This document shows, in pieces, positions 51,545 through 61,128 of a stretch of 64,000 bases of DNA. Location: assembly GCA_021773275.1 (NCBI GenBank), contig JAJFKJ010000013.1:2092-66091 (forward strand), in the 5' to 3' direction. The number at the start of each line of letters is the position of its first letter. Position 1 is the first letter of the stretch. The stretch is from Gammaproteobacteria bacterium (GTDB lineage Bacteria > Pseudomonadota > Gammaproteobacteria > JABCZS01). The notes below the pieces were generated by a model. The model ran no database searches and was not told the origin of the DNA. It saw only the letters and a list, made by a program, of their open reading frames with translations. The position numbers and the translations under genes are program-made.

Positions 51545-52582
51545 CTACGTTTTATTCAATGCATCACCCAATAATTTTGAGGTGATATCAACAATCGGGA
51601 TAAGTTTATCATAAGGCATGCGGCTAGGGCCAATGACCCCCAATGCACCCACCATCTCACCGTCCACCGAGTAAGGGGCCGTAATCAAGCTGTATTGCCC
51701 AAATATCTCATAACCCGACTCACCGCCCACAAAAATCTGCAAACCTTCTGCTTGCTGGCAAGCCTCTAGCAGCTGGCACATATCACGCTTTTGTGAAAAG
51801 GCATCGAACAGCGTTTTAAGATTATCAACCCCTGCTTCGTCAAGCGCATCAAATAAATGTGAGGTGCCCGAAACCACGTAATCTTCTTTGCTGGGCGCTT
51901 GCTTAAAAGCACTGGCGGCAACATCGATGATCTTTTGCATGACCGAATCCATATGGGCTTTATCTTCCGATAAGGCTGTGACTAAGGCTTTTTGAATGCT
52001 GCTTAAATCTTTACCCGCAAAATGTTTTGTCAAATAATTCCCGGCACGTTCTAGTTCTGGTTTACTGTACACACGCTTTAATTCGATAATGCGGTTCTGC
52101 ACTTCGCTATCGTTGATCACCAACACCACTAATACGCGGTTTTCTGACAAAATAATAAATTCAACATGCCGTAATATTTGCAACTCACGTCGCGGTAACG
52201 AAACCAAACCTGCCAAGTTTGTAATTTTTGACAACATATTAGATGCGGTAGTCACCAGCTCTTGCGTTGATTGCGGCAAGCCAAACGCTGCCTTATAATT
52301 TTTTACCGTACGCTCGTCTAAAGGTTGTGTCGTCAGCAGGCTATCGACAAATAAACGATATGCCTGAGGCGTGGGAACGCGGCCAGCTGAAGTATGGGGT
52401 GAATGCAAAAAACCCAGGTCTTCAAGTTCGGCCATCACATTACGAACACTGGCTGAGCTTAAGTGCAATTGGCAATCTTGTGCAACTGTTTTTGAGCCTA
52501 CGGGCTGGCCTTCACGAATATACCGCTCGATCAAGATTTTTAAGATATGTTGCGCTCTATCGCTAACTGGCTCGCTTTTCAT
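51545..52582 (-). CDS. hrcA: Heat-inducible transcription repressor HrcA
   Basis: 345 aa. N-terminal winged helix (GQPVGSKTVAQ...SSASVRNVMAELE). It lies 10 bp upstream of grpE. Confidence 0.9.
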   Translation of the reverse strand: MKSEPVSDRAQHILKILIERYIREGQPVGSKTVAQDCQLHLSSASVRNVMAELEDLGFLHSPHTSAGRVPTPQAYRLFVDSLLTTQPLDERTVKNYKAAFGLPQSTQELVTTASNMLSKITNLAGLVSLPRRELQILRHVEFIILSENRVLVVLVINDSEVQNRIIELKRVYSKPELERAGNYLTKHFAGKDLSSIQKALVTALSEDKAHMDSVMQKIIDVAASAFKQAPSKEDYVVSGTSHLFDALDEAGVDNLKTLFDAFSQKRDMCQLLEACQQAEGLQIFVGGESGYEIFGQYSLITAPYSVDGEMVGALGVIGPSRMPYDKLIPIVDITSKLLGDALNKT

Positions 52583-52607
52583 GCGCCCATTTTAACATGT
52601 TTTGAGC

Positions 52608-53498
52608 TTATTTATGCTTTGGTATTTGCCTGTCTTCTGCAGGTTTCATCTCGACCTGAGTGCGAGCTTCACGCTTTGCTTTGGTCCCAAAGCAGTTAAA
52701 ACAACCCCATCCTGAACTTTGTGTTTCATTTGTAACTGCTGGCCCCTGATCATTGCCGGTAGGCGATACATACTGTGGCTCCTCCATAATATCCGGGCCC
52801 CCAACTGGCAAGCCTTCTTGCAGTCTGTCCGTGTCACTCAAGCTAGAATTACTTGCGCTCCCAGGAATGCTATTGTGCGAAGTACTCGTTGAAACCCCAG
52901 CTGCAGAACCATGGCTGTCCCTACTACTTGAGCTGTTTCGTGTTCTTTTCATTACAGCTCTTTCGCTCGCAGATGGCCTGCTACTAAAACTGCTGCCTGC
53001 TCTGCGCCGAGAGGCAGCGGGTAACGCAGCTTCTTTTTCAGTATTTTCAGTTTCAAATTTAAACTTAAATTTTATTTGACGATGCAGGTTTGCCCCTTCA
53101 TTCTTCTCCAGCACTGCCAAAATACCTTCTAAATTTTCTCCATTTACAAATACAGCTGCTGCTAAATCGGCCCCTTTCTTGTCGTCAATTTTTTTAAGGC
53201 GATCATTAAATTCATCGATCGCTTGCTTAATGAAAGTGTTTTTATTTTTGGGTTGATTCATTGCACTCGCGACTGCTTCTAAAAATTCTTTTGCAGCTGC
53301 CGGGTTAGCCTCTTGCGAGTTATATTTTATTGTTTTATCTTTACTCTTCTCTGCAGCATCACAAACTTGAGCCCAAGATTTGATCTCGCGTGGCGAATAC
53401 GGCATGCCCTCCTTGCTTGCATCAAAAACCAACATTTCTACAACCACTTTTGTAATGTCTGAACCCATGATGCTCCCCTTGACCTCTGGATATGTCAC
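52608..53498 (-). CDS. Hypothetical Ser-rich, largely low-complexity protein with a C-terminal GCFNCFG motif (effector-like insertion between hrcA and nadK)
   Basis: 296 aa. Structured N-terminal ~150 aa, then a Ser/Arg-rich disordered region and a Cys-Phe-Asn-Cys-Phe motif. No homolog occupies this position in the E. coli/Pseudomonas grpE-nadK-recN synteny. Confidence 0.5.
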   Translation of the reverse strand: MTYPEVKGSIMGSDITKVVVEMLVFDASKEGMPYSPREIKSWAQVCDAAEKSKDKTIKYNSQEANPAAAKEFLEAVASAMNQPKNKNTFIKQAIDEFNDRLKKIDDKKGADLAAAVFVNGENLEGILAVLEKNEGANLHRQIKFKFKFETENTEKEAALPAASRRRAGSSFSSRPSASERAVMKRTRNSSSSRDSHGSAAGVSTSTSHNSIPGSASNSSLSDTDRLQEGLPVGGPDIMEEPQYVSPTGNDQGPAVTNETQSSGWGCFNCFGTKAKREARTQVEMKPAEDRQIPKHK

Positions 53499-53608
53499 CT
53501 GGCTAAGTATATAACGTCAACACTAGCATTTTCTTGAGTCAAAAAGCAAACACTTGGCGTTTATGGCAATTTAGTCGATAATGTAAGAAGTAAACAAAAA
53601 GGAGCCTT

Positions 53609-54502
53609 ATGGCTAGCAAATTCAAGCGTATTGCCCTGATGGGGCGTTACAGCACAAAACAAGCACAGGACACGCTGGAAAAACTTATCAGTTTCTTAAG
53701 CAAGAAATCTGTTGAACTACTGATTGAAAATGAAACCGGCGCAACTTTACCTGAACATGATTTACCCATCGTTGACCGAGAACAGCTCGGCACTGCCTGC
53801 GACCTAGTGATTGTAGTCGGCGGTGATGGCAGCTTACTAAGCGCGGCGCGTGCGGTTGCGGAGTCCGAGGTGCCTGTCATCGGTATCAACCGTGGTCTAC
53901 TCGGATTTTTAACAGATCTATCTCCTGATAATTTTGAACAATGCTTGGATGATATTTTGCAAGGCGATTACCAAGAAGAAAATCGGTTTTTGCTGTGTGC
54001 CGACATCTATGCTGATGATAATATTTGCCGCGTCGGTAGTGCGCTCAACGATGTTGTATTGTATGCCGGTGAAGTCGCGCGCATGATCGAATTTGAATTA
54101 TATATCGATGATCAGTTTGTTTACAGCCAACGTTCTGATGGTTTAATCATTGCAACCCCTACAGGTTCAACGGCTTATTCACTGTCTGGCGGTGGCCCGA
54201 TTATGCATCCATCACTTAATGCCATGGTACTGGTACCGATGTTCCCGCACACTTTAACAAGCCGCCCAATCGTCGTCAGCTGTGACTCGATCATCGAATT
54301 ACGTGTTGCTGCAACTACATCTGACATACACCCGGGCATTAGTTGCGACGGGCAACAGGTGGTTGCTTTAAGTCCCGGTGCAAAACTGCGCATTCATCGT
54401 AAAGATAAAGGCTTGAGGTTAATTCACCCGAAAGATTATAATTATTACAATACGCTTCGTACCAAATTAGAATGGGGTAGTAAATTAGGTAAAGCAAAAT
54501 GA
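53609..54502 (+). CDS. nadK: NAD kinase
   Basis: 297 aa. The GGDGSLL motif and the NE/D short motif. Divergent from the heat-shock operon and followed by recN, as in E. coli. Confidence 0.9.
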   Translation: MASKFKRIALMGRYSTKQAQDTLEKLISFLSKKSVELLIENETGATLPEHDLPIVDREQLGTACDLVIVVGGDGSLLSAARAVAESEVPVIGINRGLLGFLTDLSPDNFEQCLDDILQGDYQEENRFLLCADIYADDNICRVGSALNDVVLYAGEVARMIEFELYIDDQFVYSQRSDGLIIATPTGSTAYSLSGGGPIMHPSLNAMVLVPMFPHTLTSRPIVVSCDSIIELRVAATTSDIHPGISCDGQQVVALSPGAKLRIHRKDKGLRLIHPKDYNYYNTLRTKLEWGSKLGKAK

Positions 54503-54509
54503 GATTGAC

Positions 54510-56165
54510 ATGCTCACACACATCCAAATTAAAAACTTCGCAATCATCGATGAGCTAAATATCGAGTTGCACCCCGGCATGACTGTAATGACCGGCGAAA
54601 CCGGTGCCGGTAAGTCTATTATGATCGATGCACTATCACTTTGCATGGGCGATAGAGCTGATGCAACTTTTGTGCGCGCTGGCGCGCAGCGGGCCGACAT
54701 TTGCGTTTCGATTGACATATCCCGCTTGAGCTTTATTCAGCAATGGTTGGCAGAGCACGAACTAGAAAGCGAGGCTGAATGCGTTGTGCGCCGTACTATC
54801 AGCAAAGATGGCCGCTCACGTGCTTACATTAATGGTCATTCTGTGCCGCTGACAAAACTTAAAACTCTCGCGCAAGATTTTATTGACATTCATAGTCAAC
54901 ACGCGCATCACGCTTTACTAAAACCTGAAACGCACGGCAAGTTATTAGATATTTTTGGCAAACAGCAGCCTCAGCTTGCGATCGTCAAGCAACATTACGA
55001 TCGTATGCGTGAAATCACTGCAGAAATAACAAGTCTAAAATCTAAAGAAGCGGACAAAGCACATGAGATGGAGCTATTGCAGTTCCAAATCGAAGAACTT
55101 GATAAGCTCGATTTAAAACCCGATGAATGGAGCGATCTTACCCAAAAACACGACGCCCTTTCGCACAGTGAACAAATCATCAGCCACGCACAAAGTATTT
55201 TAGACACACTATTCGAGGACGAGTCGCACTCCCTGGTGCAAACCCTGGCACAACTCAAACACAAATTAGACACTATCGCCAAACTCGATGGGAGCTTACG
55301 CGATATTAGCAAACTAATCAGCGACGCACACATCAATTGCGATGAGGCTGCCAGCAGTTTACGGGCGTATATATCTGGCATCGAAAATGACCCGCAAACA
55401 CTGAAAGACATGCATGATCGCATCAGTTTGTTGCATGATCTCTCGCGCAAACACCGCTGCGAACCTGAAGCATTATGCGAAAAACTAGCAAGCTTGCAGG
55501 AAAGATTTGCTGGCCTACAATCGCAAGAAGAAGCAATTATTGCCTTAGAAGCTGAATTGAAGTCAGAGCAACAGGCCTATCAAGCTGTCACTACAAAACT
55601 CAGCAAAGCACGGCAAAATCACGCGACTAATTTAAATAAACAAATCACTGAGATGATGCAAGAACTTGGCATGCCCAGCGGCGAGTTTTTTGTGCAGCTT
55701 AAGCCCCTAACTGAACCCAGCAGCAATGGCCTGGAACAAATAGTGTTCATGGTTAAAACAAACGCCGGGCAACAAGCGCATCCATTGCAAAAAGTCGCCT
55801 CTGGCGGCGAGCTTTCACGTATCTCACTTGCATTACAAGTAACGATTGTACAAGATGATATGCTGCCGGTGATCGTGTTTGATGAAGTCGATGTAGGTAT
55901 TGGTGGTGGCACCGCTGAAATAGTCGGTCATTTATTGCATTGCCTTGGTGAAAAAGCACAAGTATTGTGTGTAACGCATCTACCACAAGTCGCTGCCCAA
56001 GGTGATCAACATTTTTTCATTAGTAAGCAAACTACTGACAACCAAACCCGCACGCAAATGTCTGTGCTCAGCAAAGAACAGCGCATCGAAGAAATCGCCC
56101 GTATGCTAGGCGGCGTCAAGATCACCGAAAAGACCCTGGAGCATGCTCAAGAGATGTTGGGTTAA
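54510..56165 (+). CDS. recN: DNA repair protein RecN
   Basis: 551 aa. Walker A GETGAGKS, coiled coil, C-terminal signature/Walker B (LSGGELSRISLAL...IVFDEVDVGIGG). Confidence 0.9.
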   Translation: MLTHIQIKNFAIIDELNIELHPGMTVMTGETGAGKSIMIDALSLCMGDRADATFVRAGAQRADICVSIDISRLSFIQQWLAEHELESEAECVVRRTISKDGRSRAYINGHSVPLTKLKTLAQDFIDIHSQHAHHALLKPETHGKLLDIFGKQQPQLAIVKQHYDRMREITAEITSLKSKEADKAHEMELLQFQIEELDKLDLKPDEWSDLTQKHDALSHSEQIISHAQSILDTLFEDESHSLVQTLAQLKHKLDTIAKLDGSLRDISKLISDAHINCDEAASSLRAYISGIENDPQTLKDMHDRISLLHDLSRKHRCEPEALCEKLASLQERFAGLQSQEEAIIALEAELKSEQQAYQAVTTKLSKARQNHATNLNKQITEMMQELGMPSGEFFVQLKPLTEPSSNGLEQIVFMVKTNAGQQAHPLQKVASGGELSRISLALQVTIVQDDMLPVIVFDEVDVGIGGGTAEIVGHLLHCLGEKAQVLCVTHLPQVAAQGDQHFFISKQTTDNQTRTQMSVLSKEQRIEEIARMLGGVKITEKTLEHAQEMLG

Positions 56166-56233
56166 AAAACAGCTTGTGCGCCCCACCAGAATATGTTAGA
56201 ATACGAACTTACCCTGTAGTCCTGGTACAAGCT

Positions 56234-59200
56234 ATGCCTAAAGATTTAACACATGCTCGTCAGCTTATCATAGATTTTCTTGATAAAGATCATGATCTTA
56301 TCGGTGAAATGACCGACGAAATCCGTAACCTTGCCGCTACTGAGCTTGAGCTCAGCAAAGGCTACCTGCTCGATCAGCTTAAAGCCATAGACCCAAAAGA
56401 AGATGAGGCGCTACAAAAAGCCATCCGGCGGTTCTTTATATTACGCTGGTCGATAGTCATGCACAGCAACATTGACTACACAAACATGCCACACAGCCCG
56501 ATGAACCAGTTCTGCATGGAATTGGCATCGCTCATCCGCGACAAAGATGAAGATGGTGAAGACGAACTATTAGCCCACCTCCTGATGCCAACCTTAGAAG
56601 ACTATATGTATCATGTAGAGCAACTGCAACAGTTAACAGAAAAGGATGGCAGGCTCACACCTTGGCGCTTCATTGTCAGCGAAGACGGCAAAGGCGTTAT
56701 GCCGATTGAAGAATTTTTTAGGCACCATGCGCAAACAAGAAGCAAACCTGATCAGCATTACTATGCTGTCAGCGACAGATTCCCAGCATTAAGTCCGCAA
56801 GAAAAACAGTGGCTTGGCCAAAGTGTTACACCCTACGCAGAACAATTTTTGGAGCAATTTGATGAGCTGAGCAAAATAAGCTTTGCTAAAAACTCTTTAG
56901 GAGAAGCCGTACTTGATCTCACACAGGCATTGGGCCGAGCAGGACTAGCCATGCGCGGCGAAAATGATGAAGCAGATTTTGCAGTTTATCAGCATATCGA
57001 ACGTTTTATCAATAAGCTAAGTGCCTTTGAGAAAGCTTCGCCAGGCACAAAAGAAAAACTGTTTAAACTAGAACACCCCAATAAAACTGAGACCTTTGGG
57101 AGTTATTACAAAAACTTAACTGAGAATAAAGTGGGCGGCCTTAAAACCTGCGTCGAGCTAAATAAGGCTGGAATAGAATCGGTCATTAGAAATGAGCTTA
57201 ATAAAAAAAGTTCCGGTGAAATTCATTCCAGTATACTCGACACCGTCATTGAAAGCCCCGACAACGAAGAACAAGAAGGCGATGAAAATAACGCTTCAAT
57301 GTTGTTCGCTTACCTAGGGTTAGTCTCAGGCGGCCTCGGGGATCGTGAACAAGCCATCAACGCCTATTTGCATGATAAAAGTGCGAGAAACTTTGAAAAG
57401 GCTCAAAAGACACTGTATAAATTTGAAAACGATATACACCTTAACGAAAGAATAACGGCATGCAAGCAGCATTTAGACAATAACTTAATTATCGACGGCA
57501 ATGCCTCGGATGAACAGCTTGAGTTTTTGTATCGCTTATTGCAGACGAGTAAATCTATACAAAAATTTGCTGAAATAAGTAAATTAGATATTAATACTGC
57601 AAAAGATGTGGCTACGCGTGCGTTCAGAAACAAACCCAAACAAATGGGATTCCTATTAGAAGAACCAGACTTCCCCATTCTGGAAGACACCTACTTTTTT
57701 GCTGTTAAACAACACGCCACCGACCTTTTAGATGCTTTAGCCAAAAGCAGTAAGCCAAAGCCTGATATCAATGCTACAGACAGCGATGGCTCTACTGCTC
57801 TGCAAATAGCAGCAATGAAAGGCTATCGGGGATGTGTTGGGAAGCTTCTGGATGCGCGCGCAAATACCGACAGCGGCACCCCTAGGCCTTTGGAAGCCGC
57901 ACTTAATAAAAACCATGCAGAAATCGCGGTTGACCTCGTGAACCATGGCGCTGCGGTCTGCGCCACAGACATTAACACGGCCTCCCGGGGAAGCATGGCT
58001 GAAGTGTTAAAAACCATTTTTGAAAAACATAAAGGTAAGCTTCAGCTCAATGAAAGTAAGTTTGCAGGTGAAGTTTTTGATATTGTGGCACTGCTTAAAT
58101 CTCTAGCTAGCAATAACAATGTTGAATTGCTTGGTTTTCTTCTGGAAAATGGTCTGCTATTAAACAAAATTGATCCAGACGGCCAGATTTTGAATGCAGC
58201 TCTGGAAGCAGGACATGATGATTTTGCCTTAAAGGTGCTGAAGCATTACACAACTGCAAACAATGAAGCAGCAAAGTTAGCAGCCACTAAAGGCTGCCCC
58301 AATTCATTAGCACGCATTTTAAATTCAAACAGTGCTGCTGCAACAAGAGATTTATTGCAAGGCGCAATAAAGAGTCGGAATGATAAAACTGCTGTCCTCT
58401 TGCTACAGCATGAAGCACAGCATACTTATGACGATTTTATCGATGCCATATCATTATATAGAGATGAAGACGGTTATCGAAAAACGCAAAATCCACTGAC
58501 AGAAACCATGCGATTTTTGTTAAAAAATACAAACTACGTTAAGGTTACCACCTCGACACCCCCCGCCTTGCATCACGCAGTATTGCATTCCACTGTAGAA
58601 GCTGTTGATTTACTGCTTGAAAATGAGGTAGAGGTTAATAGCCAAGGTTATGGTGCCACTGCTCTTGATCTAGCGATATATAAAATTCACTACGCACATC
58701 CATGGCGTATCCAGCAAGACAGATCAGACGCCCGTGCTAAGATAAAAAGCATTGCTCTTGCCGGCGGAAAACCTTCTACAAAAATACCTACATGCTTTGG
58801 TGATTATTATATATCAAAACCGAGCTTGCCCCTTGCTGTTGAGGAACTAGATGCAGATAGCCTTGAGCTAGTTTTAAAAAATAGTAGTGACATCTTGGAT
58901 CATAAATATTGTAGCGTAACAGCCTTGGAAGGCGCGATAAGATCTAATAAAGCAGGGGCATCGCTTGCTTTGCTTAATGCAGAATTTCCTAACGTTGAGA
59001 CAGACTACCCTTGCCCCATTCTTGACTTACAGGACCGATTATTAACGCCCACTATCATTTCTGCACAAAAACGTGCAAAAACAACCAGCTTTCAACTCTT
59101 TAGTCTTTTTATTCAATACGTTATTGATGTACGCGAAAATGAAGATATTTGGCGGTCTATTGCAAAAACATTAATTCGAGATCACGCATGGCATCTTGAT

Positions 59201-60739
59201 ATTGCGCTAAATGAAGCTGCAAAATACAATAATATTTTTATGCTTGAACTTTTGCTGGGCAATGGCGCAAACATTAATTCTCACCCAGGCGATATGCCCA
59301 CACCACTGCAGACTGCAGCGATACATGGCAATGTCACCGCAGTAAGATTTCTATTAGAAAAAAATGCCAATATATCTGCACCATTTTATAATAAAGATGG
59401 ATATAAACTACATATTTTTAAATACCTTACCCTGCTCTCTTTATCATCGCCTAAACATGAAAAACCCGATATTGATAAAGTTTGCGCGCTGTTTATTCAG
59501 TCTGGCGTTAGCACAGACCAGATCGCCAGCGGCCCTGAAGATAAAAATTGCGCGCTATATATTCAGTCTAGCCCTAACATAGACCGGATCACCAGCGGCC
59601 CTCAAAGAGGAGCGCTACAAAACCTAATGGCTTACGAACTGAGTGAAGCCGCTGCCGCCTATCTGCCAAAAGCTTCTCAAGAGGAGAGATTTTTTGCTTT
59701 TGAAGATGCACTAAAAATGGGATACGATGAGCTTGCATCTCGTATTTATGCCAGTACGGCAGGGCTTTATGTAAAAAGAGCATATTCTTTAATACAAGCT
59801 GCACGCAATAGAAAAGCTCTGCCCAAAACTTTTTCGCTATTAATTGAACCTGGCTATGTAGACAAAGAAGACATTCATGGGAAATCAGCACTTGTTTATG
59901 TTGTTGAGAATAATGATCTCAACGCTATTTCACGCTTGGCTGATAAAGGCGCATGCCTGCAAAAGAAAGTCGCTTATTCAGATGCGGTCGGCATCCTTCG
60001 TTTTGCGCCAGCACATATGAGAAACATATCTATCCTGCATTATGCGGTTCTACATAAATGTAGCTATCAAACCTTGAGATTTCTGGCAAATAAAATCGAT
60101 TTAAAAAATGAAAGCAAAGAAAATCTAAATATGTTTTTTGATTACATCCTGGATAAACCGCAAACAGATGATAACCATCCTCCAGATCGGGAAAAACGAG
60201 TATTGCCGCAACTTATTACTCGACTGCTCGTTGCCGGCGCAGAACTAAGCGTTGAAAGAATTAGACAATTGCGGCGCTTAGACGACACAATTTTTCACCC
60301 TCTTTTCACTAACAGGTCGATTCCAGAAAACCGGCTTCTGCAGCTTGACAGCCCCAATGATATATTTGCCCTTTCAGGCTTGAAACATGCGATTCACGAT
60401 CATGATACAGAGACATTTAGTAATCTTTTAGAAATTGCTCGCCCAGCTAGCAGTGATTTTTCATATAAAATATACGCCGCTTGTGTTGCCGACCGCCTGG
60501 GTCCTGATAAACAAAAAGCAAAAGATTTAAAATCGGCGCTTGCAGACGACAATATGCCAAAAATATGTTGGCTGTTAAAACAAAAGCAAAATCGATTCTT
60601 CTGGAGCCCGCCTGATTCCTATACATTTTTTAGTACACCTAATAAGGCCACTAGAATTATTGACTTGCAGGCTAATCTGTACACGCCTACTGATGACGAT
60701 ATCAACAACTACCCAGCTGCCCACCGCCGACGGCCTTAA
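56234..60739 (+). CDS. Large ankyrin-repeat protein (~1500 aa), eukaryotic-like effector candidate
   Basis: Multiple ANK repeats (TALQIAAMKGYRGCVGKLLDARANTD, LHHAVLHSTVEAVDLLLENEVEVNSQG, TPLQTAAIHGNVTAVRFLLEKNANI, SALVYVVENNDLNAISRLADKGA). The ORF track starts at TTG 56174, immediately after the recN stop; ATG 56234 is more plausible. An internal 66-bp tandem repeat lies at 59483-59608. Confidence 0.75.
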   Translation: MPKDLTHARQLIIDFLDKDHDLIGEMTDEIRNLAATELELSKGYLLDQLKAIDPKEDEALQKAIRRFFILRWSIVMHSNIDYTNMPHSPMNQFCMELASLIRDKDEDGEDELLAHLLMPTLEDYMYHVEQLQQLTEKDGRLTPWRFIVSEDGKGVMPIEEFFRHHAQTRSKPDQHYYAVSDRFPALSPQEKQWLGQSVTPYAEQFLEQFDELSKISFAKNSLGEAVLDLTQALGRAGLAMRGENDEADFAVYQHIERFINKLSAFEKASPGTKEKLFKLEHPNKTETFGSYYKNLTENKVGGLKTCVELNKAGIESVIRNELNKKSSGEIHSSILDTVIESPDNEEQEGDENNASMLFAYLGLVSGGLGDREQAINAYLHDKSARNFEKAQKTLYKFENDIHLNERITACKQHLDNNLIIDGNASDEQLEFLYRLLQTSKSIQKFAEISKLDINTAKDVATRAFRNKPKQMGFLLEEPDFPILEDTYFFAVKQHATDLLDALAKSSKPKPDINATDSDGSTALQIAAMKGYRGCVGKLLDARANTDSGTPRPLEAALNKNHAEIAVDLVNHGAAVCATDINTASRGSMAEVLKTIFEKHKGKLQLNESKFAGEVFDIVALLKSLASNNNVELLGFLLENGLLLNKIDPDGQILNAALEAGHDDFALKVLKHYTTANNEAAKLAATKGCPNSLARILNSNSAAATRDLLQGAIKSRNDKTAVLLLQHEAQHTYDDFIDAISLYRDEDGYRKTQNPLTETMRFLLKNTNYVKVTTSTPPALHHAVLHSTVEAVDLLLENEVEVNSQGYGATALDLAIYKIHYAHPWRIQQDRSDARAKIKSIALAGGKPSTKIPTCFGDYYISKPSLPLAVEELDADSLELVLKNSSDILDHKYCSVTALEGAIRSNKAGASLALLNAEFPNVETDYPCPILDLQDRLLTPTIISAQKRAKTTSFQLFSLFIQYVIDVRENEDIWRSIAKTLIRDHAWHLDIALNEAAKYNNIFMLELLLGNGANINSHPGDMPTPLQTAAIHGNVTAVRFLLEKNANISAPFYNKDGYKLHIFKYLTLLSLSSPKHEKPDIDKVCALFIQSGVSTDQIASGPEDKNCALYIQSSPNIDRITSGPQRGALQNLMAYELSEAAAAYLPKASQEERFFAFEDALKMGYDELASRIYASTAGLYVKRAYSLIQAARNRKALPKTFSLLIEPGYVDKEDIHGKSALVYVVENNDLNAISRLADKGACLQKKVAYSDAVGILRFAPAHMRNISILHYAVLHKCSYQTLRFLANKIDLKNESKENLNMFFDYILDKPQTDDNHPPDREKRVLPQLITRLLVAGAELSVERIRQLRRLDDTIFHPLFTNRSIPENRLLQLDSPNDIFALSGLKHAIHDHDTETFSNLLEIARPASSDFSYKIYAACVADRLGPDKQKAKDLKSALADDNMPKICWLLKQKQNRFFWSPPDSYTFFSTPNKATRIIDLQANLYTPTDDDINNYPAAHRRRP
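59483..59608 (+). repeat. Intragenic 2 x ~63-bp tandem repeat within the ankyrin gene
   Basis: tgcgcgct[g/a]t[t/a]tattcagtct...agacc[a/g]gatc[g/a]ccagcggccct, encoding CALFIQSGVSTDQIASGPEDKN / CALYIQSSPNIDRITSGPQRGA. Confidence 0.7.
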
Positions 60740-60742
60740 CCA

Positions 60743-60991
60743 TCAACACACCTTTAGTGCCTTCAAAATAACCACCTTGCTGTGCAAACTCAGCAACTTT
60801 TTCAAAGCCGGCTTTTGCGTAAACATGAATGGCGCATCGCCTTTTAAACCTAACCAATAGGTGTTCGACCCACCGAAATATTCAGAGCATGTTTTCCTGC
60901 CATGCATGAAATTCACAATATCATCGCGATGGCCTTGGCTGTTGTCCCAAAACTCTTGCGTATGCGGCTCGTCCAGCCATGAATAGATCAT
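60743..60991 (-). pseudogene. GNAT-family N-acetyltransferase gene fragment (AAC(6')-like N-terminus), truncated
   Basis: MIYSWLDEPHTQEFWDNSQ...NTYWLGLKGDAPFMFTQ resembles the AAC(6')-Ib N-terminus (MLYEWLNRSHIVEWWGGEE...TPYIAMLNGEPIGYAQS). The ORF reaches only ~83 aa before running into the converging ankyrin gene end. The upstream extension in the ORF track translates a REP element. Confidence 0.45.
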
Positions 60992-61053
60992 GTCTTTGTC
61001 GGCGAACGCTGTTTTTTGAATGTGAACATTTGCCAATATTAGCACATACCTTG

Positions 61054-61128
61054 TACAGGGGCGGCATTGCATGCCGCTTGCACGGAGGTAAACCCGTGGC
61101 AATCGCATCGCTACGCAATGTCGGGTCA
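61054..61128. repeat. Degenerate REP/REPIN remnant abutting the recN-3' duplicate
   Basis: gtacaggggcggcattgcatgccgc (REP with a 2-bp insertion), then ...ctacgcaatgtcgggtcacc (compare R2 ctgcgcaatgtcgggtcgcac), truncated exactly where the recN-homologous segment begins. Confidence 0.5.

Noticed and set aside
52583-53608. Expected a CIRCE operator (TTAGCACTC-N9-GAGTGCTAA) upstream of hrcA/grpE
   Set aside because: No match, even allowing 2-3 mismatches, in the 25-bp gap or the 110-bp region upstream of the inserted ORF. The only near-hit (ctagcattttcttgagtca) lacks the inverted-repeat symmetry.
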